This document shows positions 9,141 to 18,713 of a stretch of 64,000 nt of DNA, piece by piece; positions within the stretch are counted from its first letter, which is position 1, and every line of letters begins with the position of its first letter. The translations under genes and the position numbers were made by a program. This stretch comes from Pseudomonadota bacterium (GTDB lineage: Bacteria > UBA10199 > 2-02-FULL-44-16 > DYJF01). Below the pieces are notes generated by a model. That model had not been told where the DNA came from. It ran no database searches and was given only the letters and a program-made list of their open reading frames with translations. The DNA lies in assembly GCA_043823065.1 (NCBI GenBank), contig JBDRBB010000010.1, forward strand, positions 192,001 to 256,000, given 5' to 3'.

Positions 9141-11906
9141 TTATGCTTCCAGCGGATCTCCTTCTTCGCCTTCGTCTCCCGTGTCTTCTGTATCTTCTGG
9201 CACAGGTTGTTCATCAGTATCTTCTGGAAGAGGTTGTTCATCTTCTGTTTCATCACCAGCTTCTACGTCTTCATTGTCATTAGCAGGAGTGTTATCTTCA
9301 GCATCATTTGCTGGAAGCACAGGAACGCTGCCAACAGTTGCGCTGCCAGTTACATAACCGCTACCAGTTGCAGAAAGTTTGTAGGAAATATTGCCGTTTT
9401 CTTCTTTGGCTGCCAAGGCCACACTTCTTACTTCAGCTAAATCAGTAGCTGCTGGAGAAGTTAGTTTTGACCAAGAATTTCCACCATTTCTGGTTATAGC
9501 CAAGCCAGAAGATGTGCCAGCAACAACCACAGGTTTTTCAGCTGGGGCATATGGATCAACTGCCAAGGAAAGCACCAAACCGCCTAAATTATCCTGGGTT
9601 TTGGTCCAGTTGGCCGAATCAGCAGCAGTTACATAAACTGCATTAGCACCACCAGCATAAATTTGGTTAGATCTTTCATTATAAGCTAAACTATAAACAG
9701 GAGTGCTCTCGTTAACCTCACCTCCAATAAATGGCTGCCAAGAATTGCTGCTACCATCATTAACATAAACACCCTTGTTGGTAGCTGCATAAATTTTATT
9801 ACCAACTTCTTCCAGATCATGAGCTACAGTAGCTGAAACATCAGATTCCGCACCTGATTGCCAGGGCGAGTCGCCTGGTTTTGCAATAAAGGCATCAATG
9901 TTGTTATTGATTGCGAGTCCGTAATCAAAAGCTACAATCATGCGGCCATCAGGCTTAACAATCATATCACAAACTTGTCCCAAGGCTACAATGTCGTTTT
10001 GATTACCAGTATTCATTGCTGCACCAAGATCAGCTTGCGATTTTCCAGCACAAGTTTTACCATCATAATTATCTTTTCTCAGATAGAAGATGGCATCTAA
10101 ACGATTCCAGGTTGTACCTGCGTCATTGGAATACATCATAATACCAGTACTAGCGGCAAACATCTGGGATTCATTGCCTTGTCTAAAAGCAATTGCGCCT
10201 ACCGGATATGCTCTTTCATCAAAAAAACCATTATGTTGCCATAGATCTTGTAAATCAAATGCTTGTTTAATAGCATCTTCAATATTAATAGCATATTCCA
10301 TGCTGCCTACAAAGTCAGTTACTTTGTACACTGAAATTTCGCCAAATTCAGGGCGTTGCACGCCATAGTAAGCAATATCGATATTGTCTTGATCAATTAC
10401 CACTTTGGTTACAGGCAACGCTTGCCCATTGCCAACATTGTGAAAGAACGGATTCTTAGTTAATTGCATAAAGCTTTCTACAGCTTGCTGGCTTTTGGGT
10501 TCTTCCACGCCAGCGTATTTTACTTCCACTGGTGCGCCTTTGTTAGTAACCCGGCAAGGTGCTTTAGTTCCCTCAGCTAATTTTTCTTTATCAATTGTTT
10601 GACCGCATACTTTAACTGATTCAATAGTGGCCACTTGAGCAGCATTAGTAGCTCCTATTTCAACTTCAATTTCTTCAGACTCCACAGCCCAAGGCTTGGC
10701 ATTAATATCAAGTGGAGCTCCACCACTGCCACCTACAACTTTTACAATTACGTTTGAAGTATCTTGGCTATCACCTAAAGTAGCTACAATAGTGAAATTG
10801 GTTTCAATAGCGTTAGGAGAAACTGTACAAGTGGCAGAACCGCTGGCAGATTCAACTTCTACTGGAAATGCATTATCACATTGAGCTTCTGGTTCAGCAG
10901 TAATTGTTACCAAGGCATTTTCAGGAGTTACGTTCCAAGTGACTTGGAAAGATTCCATGTAGCTGGAAACTGTGTAAAATCCATCAGAGCCATTTACTCT
11001 AATTTCTGCTTGTAGATCTACTTCTTCTACATTAACAGTTACCGCAGCAGTATATTCTTTACCACTAGCATCAACTGCATTTAAGGCATAGGTAGTTGTG
11101 CTATTTGGAGAAACAGTGGCGCATTCGCTAATAACACCTTCGATGCCTACCAGATTAGCACAATCTGCTTGGGCTTCAATTATTTGATTAGTGCTAGAAG
11201 TAACAGTTGCAGTTAAATCTTGAGAATAGTTCCAACGAATAACTGTGCTTTGGCCTGCAGAAATATTTTCCTGATCAGCAGCAATAGTTGCCACAATATC
11301 AGAAGCAGGGGTTACAGTAACCCGCACAGTTTTAGTTCCACTGATAGTAGTTGGCACTAAATTAGGTTGAACTTCAGGGGTAATGCCAACTGGGATTTGG
11401 CCCATTTTCTTAAAAGTATAAGCAACTGGCGCTTCTTCTGTTTCTTCTTCGCCAGTTTCTTCTTCTTTGGCATCTTCTTCAGCTACTTCTTCCTTATCTC
11501 CTTCTTCTTCAGAAACGTTGCCTTCAGGTTGTTCCTCTTCAGTTGGGGCAGGAAGATCAATAGTTGTAGTGGCAGTCATAGTAAAATCAATGGTGGCTGG
11601 AATGCCATCTACCACAACTTCGCCAGTCATCTCTTCAGTTTCAAAATTATAAGCAAAGGCAGCAGCTTCTTCAGTAATAGCCTTGCCACTAATTTGAATA
11701 TGAGTAGCGTTTTTCACATCCCACTTTAAAGTAGTGGATCCGCCTTCATTGATCTCGGCTGGATCAGCCGTAAAATCAATCAAGATTTCTGGAGGCACGA
11801 TATCAAGTTGGCTGCCAAATTTTAGCTCGCCATCAGAACAAGCGCTGGCTAAAATTGTAATAGCTACCACAGCAATTACGCGCCAGAATGTTTTCATGTT
11901 TTTCAT
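9141..11906 (-). CDS. Large lipoprotein with Ig-like repeats, a C-terminal BNR/beta-propeller region and acidic linkers
   Basis: Lipobox LASAC; repeated FTADP..I..G.STTLKW motif; SNDAGTTW and TRNGGNSW Asp-box-like motifs. Confidence 0.75.
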   Translation of the reverse strand: MKNMKTFWRVIAVVAITILASACSDGELKFGSQLDIVPPEILIDFTADPAEINEGGSTTLKWDVKNATHIQISGKAITEEAAAFAYNFETEEMTGEVVVDGIPATIDFTMTATTTIDLPAPTEEEQPEGNVSEEEGDKEEVAEEDAKEEETGEEETEEAPVAYTFKKMGQIPVGITPEVQPNLVPTTISGTKTVRVTVTPASDIVATIAADQENISAGQSTVIRWNYSQDLTATVTSSTNQIIEAQADCANLVGIEGVISECATVSPNSTTTYALNAVDASGKEYTAAVTVNVEEVDLQAEIRVNGSDGFYTVSSYMESFQVTWNVTPENALVTITAEPEAQCDNAFPVEVESASGSATCTVSPNAIETNFTIVATLGDSQDTSNVIVKVVGGSGGAPLDINAKPWAVESEEIEVEIGATNAAQVATIESVKVCGQTIDKEKLAEGTKAPCRVTNKGAPVEVKYAGVEEPKSQQAVESFMQLTKNPFFHNVGNGQALPVTKVVIDQDNIDIAYYGVQRPEFGEISVYKVTDFVGSMEYAINIEDAIKQAFDLQDLWQHNGFFDERAYPVGAIAFRQGNESQMFAASTGIMMYSNDAGTTWNRLDAIFYLRKDNYDGKTCAGKSQADLGAAMNTGNQNDIVALGQVCDMIVKPDGRMIVAFDYGLAINNNIDAFIAKPGDSPWQSGAESDVSATVAHDLEEVGNKIYAATNKGVYVNDGSSNSWQPFIGGEVNESTPVYSLAYNERSNQIYAGGANAVYVTAADSANWTKTQDNLGGLVLSLAVDPYAPAEKPVVVAGTSSGLAITRNGGNSWSKLTSPAATDLAEVRSVALAAKEENGNISYKLSATGSGYVTGSATVGSVPVLPANDAEDNTPANDNEDVEAGDETEDEQPLPEDTDEQPVPEDTEDTGDEGEEGDPLEA

Positions 11907-11939
11907 AATCCTAAACCCCTTTCTTATATGATCTCCGTA

Positions 11940-14933
11940 TTATCTGAAATTAAGTCCTAATGTAATATTTAGACCAGCGGCAAACACATCAGTATCCAAA
12001 TTGAATTCTAGTGGCATACCTACGCCAGCGGTAAATCGGGTATCACGTCCTTCACGAGCAGTGCGCGGTCTTTGATATGCATATTCCAGACCAGGGTTGA
12101 TTAATAAAAGACTTCCCATTCCATATGGATCAATCGTTCCTCCAGATGGAGATATGGAACTGCTTGGTATGTTTATATCACCTTGTGTTCGAGACCAAAC
12201 AACTGAAGCAAAAGGCGTAATAATGTGTCTAATGCCACTAGCAGTTAGTCTAATTGGGAAACCTAGGGCGACGCCTGCAACCATCATGGTGCGATCATAT
12301 GATTGGCCATCATGACCACTAGTGTGATTGTAACGGAAAACTCCATTCAGGGAAAATCTGGCGCGATCTTCAGAACCAAAGGCTGCTGTCAGTAAGTTTG
12401 CTCCAAGTTCAAGAGTTACATCATAGGCACTTCTTTCTGCTGCATGTGCGCTAATTGAAACTTGTACACCTCCTGATGTAGCATTTTCATCACCGCCTTC
12501 ATAGGTTGCTTCAAGTTCACCACCACCAGCAATTCTAGCTTCTTCATTGCCAGGGGTGACTGTATCATCTTCATTGTCAAAACTTGAGTAATCAGCATCA
12601 TCGGCAGCAAAGTTAATTCCACCTGTTTGACCAACAGCACCACTTAACCCCAACTGAAAACCGCTCCATCTTGGTGTGGTTACAGAGATATTTGCACCAG
12701 CAATGGTACTACCAGCAACTAAATTAGCATATGCAGATAATGGATTGTAAAGGTTATCAAATAATGGATTATCAAGTCCAAAGCGTTGACCAATGACACC
12801 ACCACCTCCACTGAGTTCAAAATGTCTTATTGTACCACCAATTGAGCCTTGAATTCTATATAACATGTGTCCGTCATCATCACTACCAAACAATCCAAAA
12901 GCATCATCACCTGCAGAACGCAGGATATAACGGGAAGCATAAGATAACCAAGTAACAGAAGCAGCCAACTCTAGACCGGTTCTATGTCTATAGGCAATGC
13001 CTGCGTTACCAAGTAATTCATAACCTAGCGGATGTGATGGCTCTTCTTCTCCAGGAAGCTGTCTTGATGTTAGACCAACAGAAACTGTGCCACTAAGGCC
13101 ACCTATAAAATAAGTAACTCCGTTTCTGGTTACTGTTCCAGCAACATGATCAGGTGCGCCTGGTTCAGTTACAGCACCTTCAAACCTCACCCTGTGCAAT
13201 ACTACTTCAGGTGGAACACCCGCAGGGGCATTGTAATCACGTTGGGTGCCGTCTTCATCTTCTAGCAGGTCAGCTACATGCACATTAAGTAAGCCTTCTT
13301 CTTGATCCAAAATACTAGCTGCTGGGATTCTAGCGCCAGAAGCTGTAGGGGCAGGTGCAGCAGGAGCCGCTCCATTAAATAGAGGTAACCAAGCTGTGAG
13401 CATGGTGTTTAGCTGAGTATCATTTAACTCTTCCTCTGCAAGATTGTTAGACAAAGGAATTCTCACTAGTTCAGGAATTTGATTATCTTGAGCTAAAACC
13501 GCTGTGTTTATTTGATCTCTAGTTGGTAAAGTGGCTGCTGTTCTTCCTCTTAAAAGTGGGGCAAAAGTAGCAATTATACCTGGTCTAGCTAAAGTAGGTA
13601 TAATGTCCATGCTATCAGCTAAATCATTTAAGCCCGAACTTCTTAAAGCTGCAATAAGTTCTTCAGCTGTTGGGTTTGCTGGTGCACCACGTGTTTGTCC
13701 ACTACCTGCAGCGCTGCTTTCACGAATTCCTAAGCGTTCGCGTACAGCTGCCATTAGTTTGTCAGCAATTTGCGGATCAAGCGCCGCCAAGAAAGTATTG
13801 CGTTCAGCTAGTTGACCATTTTCTAAATTATCTAAGCTGGTGACACCTGCTAAAAAGTTAGTTACATGTTCATCAGCAAAAATTTCCCTATTTCTTACTT
13901 CTAAAAATAAACCGCGCAAAAGTTCTAGGCTGCGCACCAAATCTGCACCATTACCTTGCACGCTGGTAATCATACTTTCTGGAATTTGTCTGATAAAAAC
14001 TAAATAGTCGTCATTAGGATTGTGATCCACTTGAGCAGGGTTAGCTACTGCTGTATCTACATACCGGGTAACCAAACCAGTTGTTGGATCAAACCCATCT
14101 GTGTCAATTAAATCACGCAATCTCTGCAAAGCAGAACGGGCTACAGCTATTGGGTCAGCATTAGGATCGTTAAGTTCAGCTTCCTCAATTGCGCTGGTGA
14201 TTATTCTGGTAGCTTCGGCTGATGCATTTGGAACGCCAGAATTATCTAATAATGTTGTAGCGTCGGCAATTATGCGCTCAACTTCAGCATCAGCTGGAGA
14301 TCTTCCTTGGGTAACTAACCTGTCAATAGCTGCCAGCATATTAGGCAGGTTTAACATTTCACCTTCAACTCTAAATCTGGTTACACTGAGATCAAAAAAT
14401 GCTCCAGTAATAAATTCATTATAAGCTTCAAGAAATCTAGGATCATTAATGGTGCTGGTATTGCCTCGGCGTTGACCAGCTGTATTAGTGGCATGAGTTA
14501 TGGCTGAACCATGCAGGGCTTGAAATACGTTTTCTAACCAGGCTGCGCGTAAAGTCAGGGTTTCGCAATTAGGAGCAGATTCGTCTGCATAATGCTGGGC
14601 AATTGAATTGCGAATTAAATTGGCAGTGGCTGGGAAACGATAATCAAAAGTAGATATCTGGCTGTCAACAGCTCTACCTCCAGATGCCATGGTTTCTTGA
14701 TAACGCAAGATAGTAGAGACCACAGGTGAATTTTCAAGTGGCTCTCTCTGAGAATCAGCCAGCTGATAATAAATAGAACTATGATCTCTATCTCGTGGAC
14801 GCTGGGCCACAGCTACTGGATTACTCGCGGTGTTTCCTTCTATATAGTTTTCAGGATGCTCTTGAAAATTTAGGAGTTGTGCAAAAGTTAAAGAGTTTTG
14901 CAAATTGCATCGCATTTCACTGCCACCAAACAT
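11940..14933 (-). CDS. Orphan lysine-depleted protein with a helical N-half and probable C-terminal beta-barrel
   Basis: 997 aa with 1 Lys. Alternating Gly/aromatic strands end in GLNITLGLNFR. AGGAGG RBS; no Sec signal seen. Confidence 0.7.
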   Translation of the reverse strand: MFGGSEMRCNLQNSLTFAQLLNFQEHPENYIEGNTASNPVAVAQRPRDRDHSSIYYQLADSQREPLENSPVVSTILRYQETMASGGRAVDSQISTFDYRFPATANLIRNSIAQHYADESAPNCETLTLRAAWLENVFQALHGSAITHATNTAGQRRGNTSTINDPRFLEAYNEFITGAFFDLSVTRFRVEGEMLNLPNMLAAIDRLVTQGRSPADAEVERIIADATTLLDNSGVPNASAEATRIITSAIEEAELNDPNADPIAVARSALQRLRDLIDTDGFDPTTGLVTRYVDTAVANPAQVDHNPNDDYLVFIRQIPESMITSVQGNGADLVRSLELLRGLFLEVRNREIFADEHVTNFLAGVTSLDNLENGQLAERNTFLAALDPQIADKLMAAVRERLGIRESSAAGSGQTRGAPANPTAEELIAALRSSGLNDLADSMDIIPTLARPGIIATFAPLLRGRTAATLPTRDQINTAVLAQDNQIPELVRIPLSNNLAEEELNDTQLNTMLTAWLPLFNGAAPAAPAPTASGARIPAASILDQEEGLLNVHVADLLEDEDGTQRDYNAPAGVPPEVVLHRVRFEGAVTEPGAPDHVAGTVTRNGVTYFIGGLSGTVSVGLTSRQLPGEEEPSHPLGYELLGNAGIAYRHRTGLELAASVTWLSYASRYILRSAGDDAFGLFGSDDDGHMLYRIQGSIGGTIRHFELSGGGGVIGQRFGLDNPLFDNLYNPLSAYANLVAGSTIAGANISVTTPRWSGFQLGLSGAVGQTGGINFAADDADYSSFDNEDDTVTPGNEEARIAGGGELEATYEGGDENATSGGVQVSISAHAAERSAYDVTLELGANLLTAAFGSEDRARFSLNGVFRYNHTSGHDGQSYDRTMMVAGVALGFPIRLTASGIRHIITPFASVVWSRTQGDINIPSSSISPSGGTIDPYGMGSLLLINPGLEYAYQRPRTAREGRDTRFTAGVGMPLEFNLDTDVFAAGLNITLGLNFR

Positions 14934-14973
14934 ATTTCCTCCTTTAAATCCCCCGTGTATATCAAATTATATT

Positions 14974-16425
14974 TTACCAACTAGAACTTTGCGGATCAGT
15001 TACTATATTAGTACCACCACTGCCAGTTTGTGGTCTGGGTGGTCTAACTGTTCCACCACCTCTTAAACCTCTTACACCATCTAAGCGGTTAAGTAGCACA
15101 TATCCTAAAGAAATTCTTGGTGCGCTTGAGCGCCAGTCAATATCTGGAGTTCTTCTGTCTTGGCTTTCTGGAGCTGTATGAGGCATTCTAGTTACTGCAC
15201 TAGGACCGGAACCTCTTGATACCACGCCTGCTGTGCCAGCTGTTGCAGTGTTACCCATGGCCCACAATATGGCATTGCGCACCTCAGTTTTTACAGCTTC
15301 TCTTTGATCTTGTGGAATATCACCATCTTCAGTGCCTCTAATGTTAAGTCTGCGAATTGCTTCATTAGCTGCTATAAAAATTCTTCCTACATCTGTTTCA
15401 TCAGTAAGTACTCTTCTTAAACCTTCTAAATTGGTAGTTGTTGGATTAGAGATAACACTTGTTTCAGTGATAATATCCATTGTGCGAACTGCTAAAGCTA
15501 CATCATAAGTTCTAGCATCGGTAAGGCTTAAGGTAATAGTTCCTCTTAGGCCAAATTCTCTTTGGATATCAGCGTTGTTAAGAAATGCTGCAGGATTATT
15601 AAGAGCGCTTTGAAAATCAGCTGTAGCATAGTTTTCACCGCTTCTGCCCATGGCATTATTAAACAAACCCATGGTTTGATTAATTGATCCAAACAGGATA
15701 GGTCCTAATGTTCCAAATGTCATATTATTTTCTGAAGTTTCTGGTTCTTCACCATCCACAGCATTAATAACTGCGAGGATAGCAAGTTCAAGTGGATCTG
15801 GAATCTCAGATTGAACACCAGGCATAGCAAGGCTCATGCGATCAGGACAAAATCCTGAATCAGAGTTTGAGTGATCAAAGGTTATATGGATATTTGTTAT
15901 ACCAGGAAAAGATCTTACAACAGTGTTTGTGGCGTCAGCAGTTGAGACAGGAGTATTTCGCCAGACTCTAGCATAAGCTTGAAAAGCAGCAGTGGAAAAT
16001 TCAGGTAAAATAGTTGTTCCAGGAGCGCACTCGCCAATACTCAAAGTGTAACTACTTAAATTATTTGCTGCGGTACGAGGTGAAGTTGGTGGTGCAGTTA
16101 AAGCATGACAATCATGAGCAAAAGTTCGTGCGGTAACAGCAGCTCCTGAATCATTTACAATTGCTTGCAGAGCAGTGCGGGCCTCATTAACTGACATAGC
16201 TGCTCTTTCACCATCTATTCTTCCGCCATTAGCAATTCTGCAAAGTTCAGCTGCATTTGCTGCAGCTTCATCCCTTGCTACTGCTTGATCACGTTCTCTT
16301 GTTCTAGTAGCTAGATCTCCTCTTGCAGTATCACGTTCTGTTCTTGCTTCATCACGTTCGCTTCGCCAAGCACAACCACCTAAAACAAGAGCGCCAACTG
16401 CTAAAACTCCTAATATAACTGGCAT
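14974..16425 (-). CDS. Orphan lysine-depleted putative lipoprotein, paralog of 18714..20108
   Basis: 483 aa with 1 Lys; N-terminal LVLGGC; ends NIVTDPQSSSW; AGGAG RBS. Confidence 0.75.
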   Translation of the reverse strand: MPVILGVLAVGALVLGGCAWRSERDEARTERDTARGDLATRTRERDQAVARDEAAANAAELCRIANGGRIDGERAAMSVNEARTALQAIVNDSGAAVTARTFAHDCHALTAPPTSPRTAANNLSSYTLSIGECAPGTTILPEFSTAAFQAYARVWRNTPVSTADATNTVVRSFPGITNIHITFDHSNSDSGFCPDRMSLAMPGVQSEIPDPLELAILAVINAVDGEEPETSENNMTFGTLGPILFGSINQTMGLFNNAMGRSGENYATADFQSALNNPAAFLNNADIQREFGLRGTITLSLTDARTYDVALAVRTMDIITETSVISNPTTTNLEGLRRVLTDETDVGRIFIAANEAIRRLNIRGTEDGDIPQDQREAVKTEVRNAILWAMGNTATAGTAGVVSRGSGPSAVTRMPHTAPESQDRRTPDIDWRSSAPRISLGYVLLNRLDGVRGLRGGGTVRPPRPQTGSGGTNIVTDPQSSSW

Positions 16426-16466
16426 AAAATCTTCTCCTAAAATTTGACATCTATTTTTCTAAACAG

Positions 16467-16493
16467 TTATCGTACGTATTATAAAAAAGTTGC
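16467..16493 (-). promoter_or_regulatory. Conserved promoter-like motif, copy 1
   Basis: GCAACTTTTTTATAATACGTACGATAA, 41 nt upstream of ATG 16425. Confidence 0.7.
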
Positions 16494-16521
16494 TAAGAAA
16501 ATTAATCTTATTAATTTTTTT

Positions 16522-16570
16522 AGCAATCCAAGCACCTGGATTGCTTCGTCGTTTCACTCCTCGCAATGAC
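16522..16570. repeat. REP-like element family B (GTCATTGCGAG...GAAGCAATCC)
   Basis: TGGATTGCTTCGTCGTTTCACTCCTCGCAATGAC. Confidence 0.75.
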
Positions 16571-16612
16571 AAGAGGGGTTCACAATGATATACATTTATC
16601 CCTCCATATATA

Positions 16613-16639
16613 TTTTCGTCAGATCACAAGAAAAGTTGC
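16613..16639 (-). promoter_or_regulatory. Conserved promoter-like motif, copy 2
   Basis: GCAACTTTTCTTGTGATCTGACGAAAA, followed by GGAGG and an ATG at 16595. Confidence 0.65.
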
Positions 16640-16716
16640 TAAAAAAAGCGACAAAATTGATTTTTTTAGCAATCCTGATCCGCCTATGGCGGAGAAGGAT
16701 CCTAACAAGGCTTATT

Positions 16717-16789
<73 letters not shown>

Positions 16790-16799
16790 GGTAATGAAT

Positions 16800-16947
16800 G
16801 GGGACGTTTCCCTATAGCCTAACTTATTAGAATTATTAGTAAATAAAAGGCAAGTTGGAAAAATTAAAATCACACTATTCAAAAAACTGAAACTCGCCCT
16901 TTTTTTGCTAATAAATTTAACTAGTTGGCACAGGGGGAAACGTCCCC
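16800..16947. mobile_element. 148-bp non-autonomous element (MITE/REPIN-like), copy 1
   Basis: Ends GGGGACGTTTCCC / GGGGGAAACGTCCCC. Near-identical to 18489..18636, and the ends match those of the transposase element at 28065..28955. Confidence 0.85.
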
Positions 16948-17005
16948 TTGCTTTACTAGAGTATATAATGGTTTTACGTTATTATAGTAGCTGACAATGC
17001 TCCCA

Positions 17006-18364
17006 TTAAATCTCATCCAACAATTCTGGCAAACGCGAGGTTAGATAATGGGGTAGAGTTAACAATGGTATATTTCGTTGTTTATCAAGCGTAGGTAGTT
17101 TTGCCTGGTAATTATAATTAAGATTTGGTTTATCCTGACAAATTTTAACCAAACAGTTAGCTTGGGGTTCAAACACAGCAAAACTGGCAAGTGATTTATT
17201 ATCACCTTTACTAGTTTTAACATCTATGCCTGCCAATTTTGGGGAACGTAGTAAATATTCTAATTCTGCTTTGTTGCCAGATTTCCAATAGAAAAGATCA
17301 GCCCTGTCAAACAAGGTTGACACTAATTCTATGCCAACAAAAGTTTCCCATAAAACGGCCCAAGCTCTCTCGTTAATTACACTTCTCAGTAGATCAGCTC
17401 CAGATAAAAGGTAATTTGTTATTCCACAGTCAAATAGAATGTATTTTGAAAGGTCGCTATCTGTGTTTAATAATCTTATTTTATGAGCTACTCTGGCCCC
17501 CACTGTCTTAAAAACAAGTTTTTTTGCTTCTTTGCGGCCAGCATGTTGAACTTGTAAGTTGGTATATTTCAAGGTGTTTAAGGAAAGCCAAGCTATTTTA
17601 CGCAAAATATCTTCATATTCATATAATTTACTTTTATCGCCCAAGACTATTTTAACATTTTCCTCAATGGAAATTACCAAATCTTTAATTATTTCAGGAA
17701 TAGCTTGGGCTGAAGAATCCAGATAGGTTGAAATAACTCTAGGCATCCCACCAATACGCACATATATTTCAACATTTTTTAATAATTGGTCATGAAGATA
17801 ATCTGAAAAAGCAGAATTGGTTAGAGAAAACGAGTTTAATTCATTAATTAGTTTGGTTTGTCCAGAGGCAAGCAGAAATTCCTGATAGGTAATAGGATAT
17901 AAATCAAAATATTTTTTTCGGCCAGTAGCAGCATTTTCTACCAGGATATTTTCCAGATTTGATCCAGTAAAAATAAATTTCAAATTTGCAGAAAACTCAG
18001 CTAAAGATTGCACTGCCTCCAAAACCAAAGGATGACGATCTACTTCATCAAGAAAGATTATAGCTGGTTTTGATAAATTATTAATATTACCAAGTTCAAT
18101 TGATATATTTTTTAAAAACTCTTCTCCATTGGGTTTACTTCCAAAAAAATCGCGACCTAAATAGTTTTGGCTGCTATGGGAAAAGGAGGTAGGATACAAT
18201 AGGTTTAACTTTAGTTGCGGATATTCTTTTAGATCATTTAAGACATTTAAGATAAATGAGGTTTTACCAACTTGTCTAGCACCGCGTAAAATTAAAACCT
18301 GTTTATCCAAGTTTAATAAGTCTTGAATGAATTTTCTCTTTTTTTCAGGCCGTTCAATCCACAT
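17006..18364 (-). CDS. AAA+ ATPase (AAA_14 / DUF4143-like)
   Basis: Walker A GARQVGKT, Walker B IIFLDEV, FTGS, YPITYQEFL, GGMP, D.G and YWKS...E....DVK C-terminal pattern. Confidence 0.85.
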   Translation of the reverse strand: MWIERPEKKRKFIQDLLNLDKQVLILRGARQVGKTSFILNVLNDLKEYPQLKLNLLYPTSFSHSSQNYLGRDFFGSKPNGEEFLKNISIELGNINNLSKPAIIFLDEVDRHPLVLEAVQSLAEFSANLKFIFTGSNLENILVENAATGRKKYFDLYPITYQEFLLASGQTKLINELNSFSLTNSAFSDYLHDQLLKNVEIYVRIGGMPRVISTYLDSSAQAIPEIIKDLVISIEENVKIVLGDKSKLYEYEDILRKIAWLSLNTLKYTNLQVQHAGRKEAKKLVFKTVGARVAHKIRLLNTDSDLSKYILFDCGITNYLLSGADLLRSVINERAWAVLWETFVGIELVSTLFDRADLFYWKSGNKAELEYLLRSPKLAGIDVKTSKGDNKSLASFAVFEPQANCLVKICQDKPNLNYNYQAKLPTLDKQRNIPLLTLPHYLTSRLPELLDEI

Positions 18365-18488
18365 AACAACCTTATAATGCCATAATTAATATTAATTTCA
18401 ACACATTTATGAACCTTTTTAATATTAGTTTTGAAAAGAAAAAAACGGGAACGGTGAACGGTTTTAAGACATGTTTTGAAGAAAGAAC

Positions 18489-18636
18489 GGGGACGTTTCC
18501 CCATATTCTAACTCCCTAGAATCATTAGTAAATAAAAGGCAAGTTGAAAAAATTAAAACCACACTATTCAAAAAACTGAAACTCGCCCTTTTTTTGCTAA
18601 TAAATTTAACTAGTTGGCACAGGGGGAAACGTCCCC
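18489..18636. mobile_element. 148-bp non-autonomous element, copy 2
   Basis: Same length and orientation as copy 1. Confidence 0.85.
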
Positions 18637-18682
18637 TTGCTTTTCAACAAGGAAAATTTTCAAGATTTTCTTGTCGATCTGT

Positions 18683-18710
18683 AAAGAACGGGGACGTCCC
18701 CTTGCTTTTC
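18683..18710. repeat. Collapsed or empty form of the 148-bp element site
   Basis: AAAGAAC-GGGGACGTCCCC-TTGCTTTTC has the same flanks as copy 2. Confidence 0.65.
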
Positions 18711-18713
18711 TAC

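Noticed and set aside
16800..18636. Integron cassette with attC sites
   Set aside because: The ends do not show the RYYYAAC/GTTRRRY pattern, there is no integrase, and they match the HUH transposase element instead.
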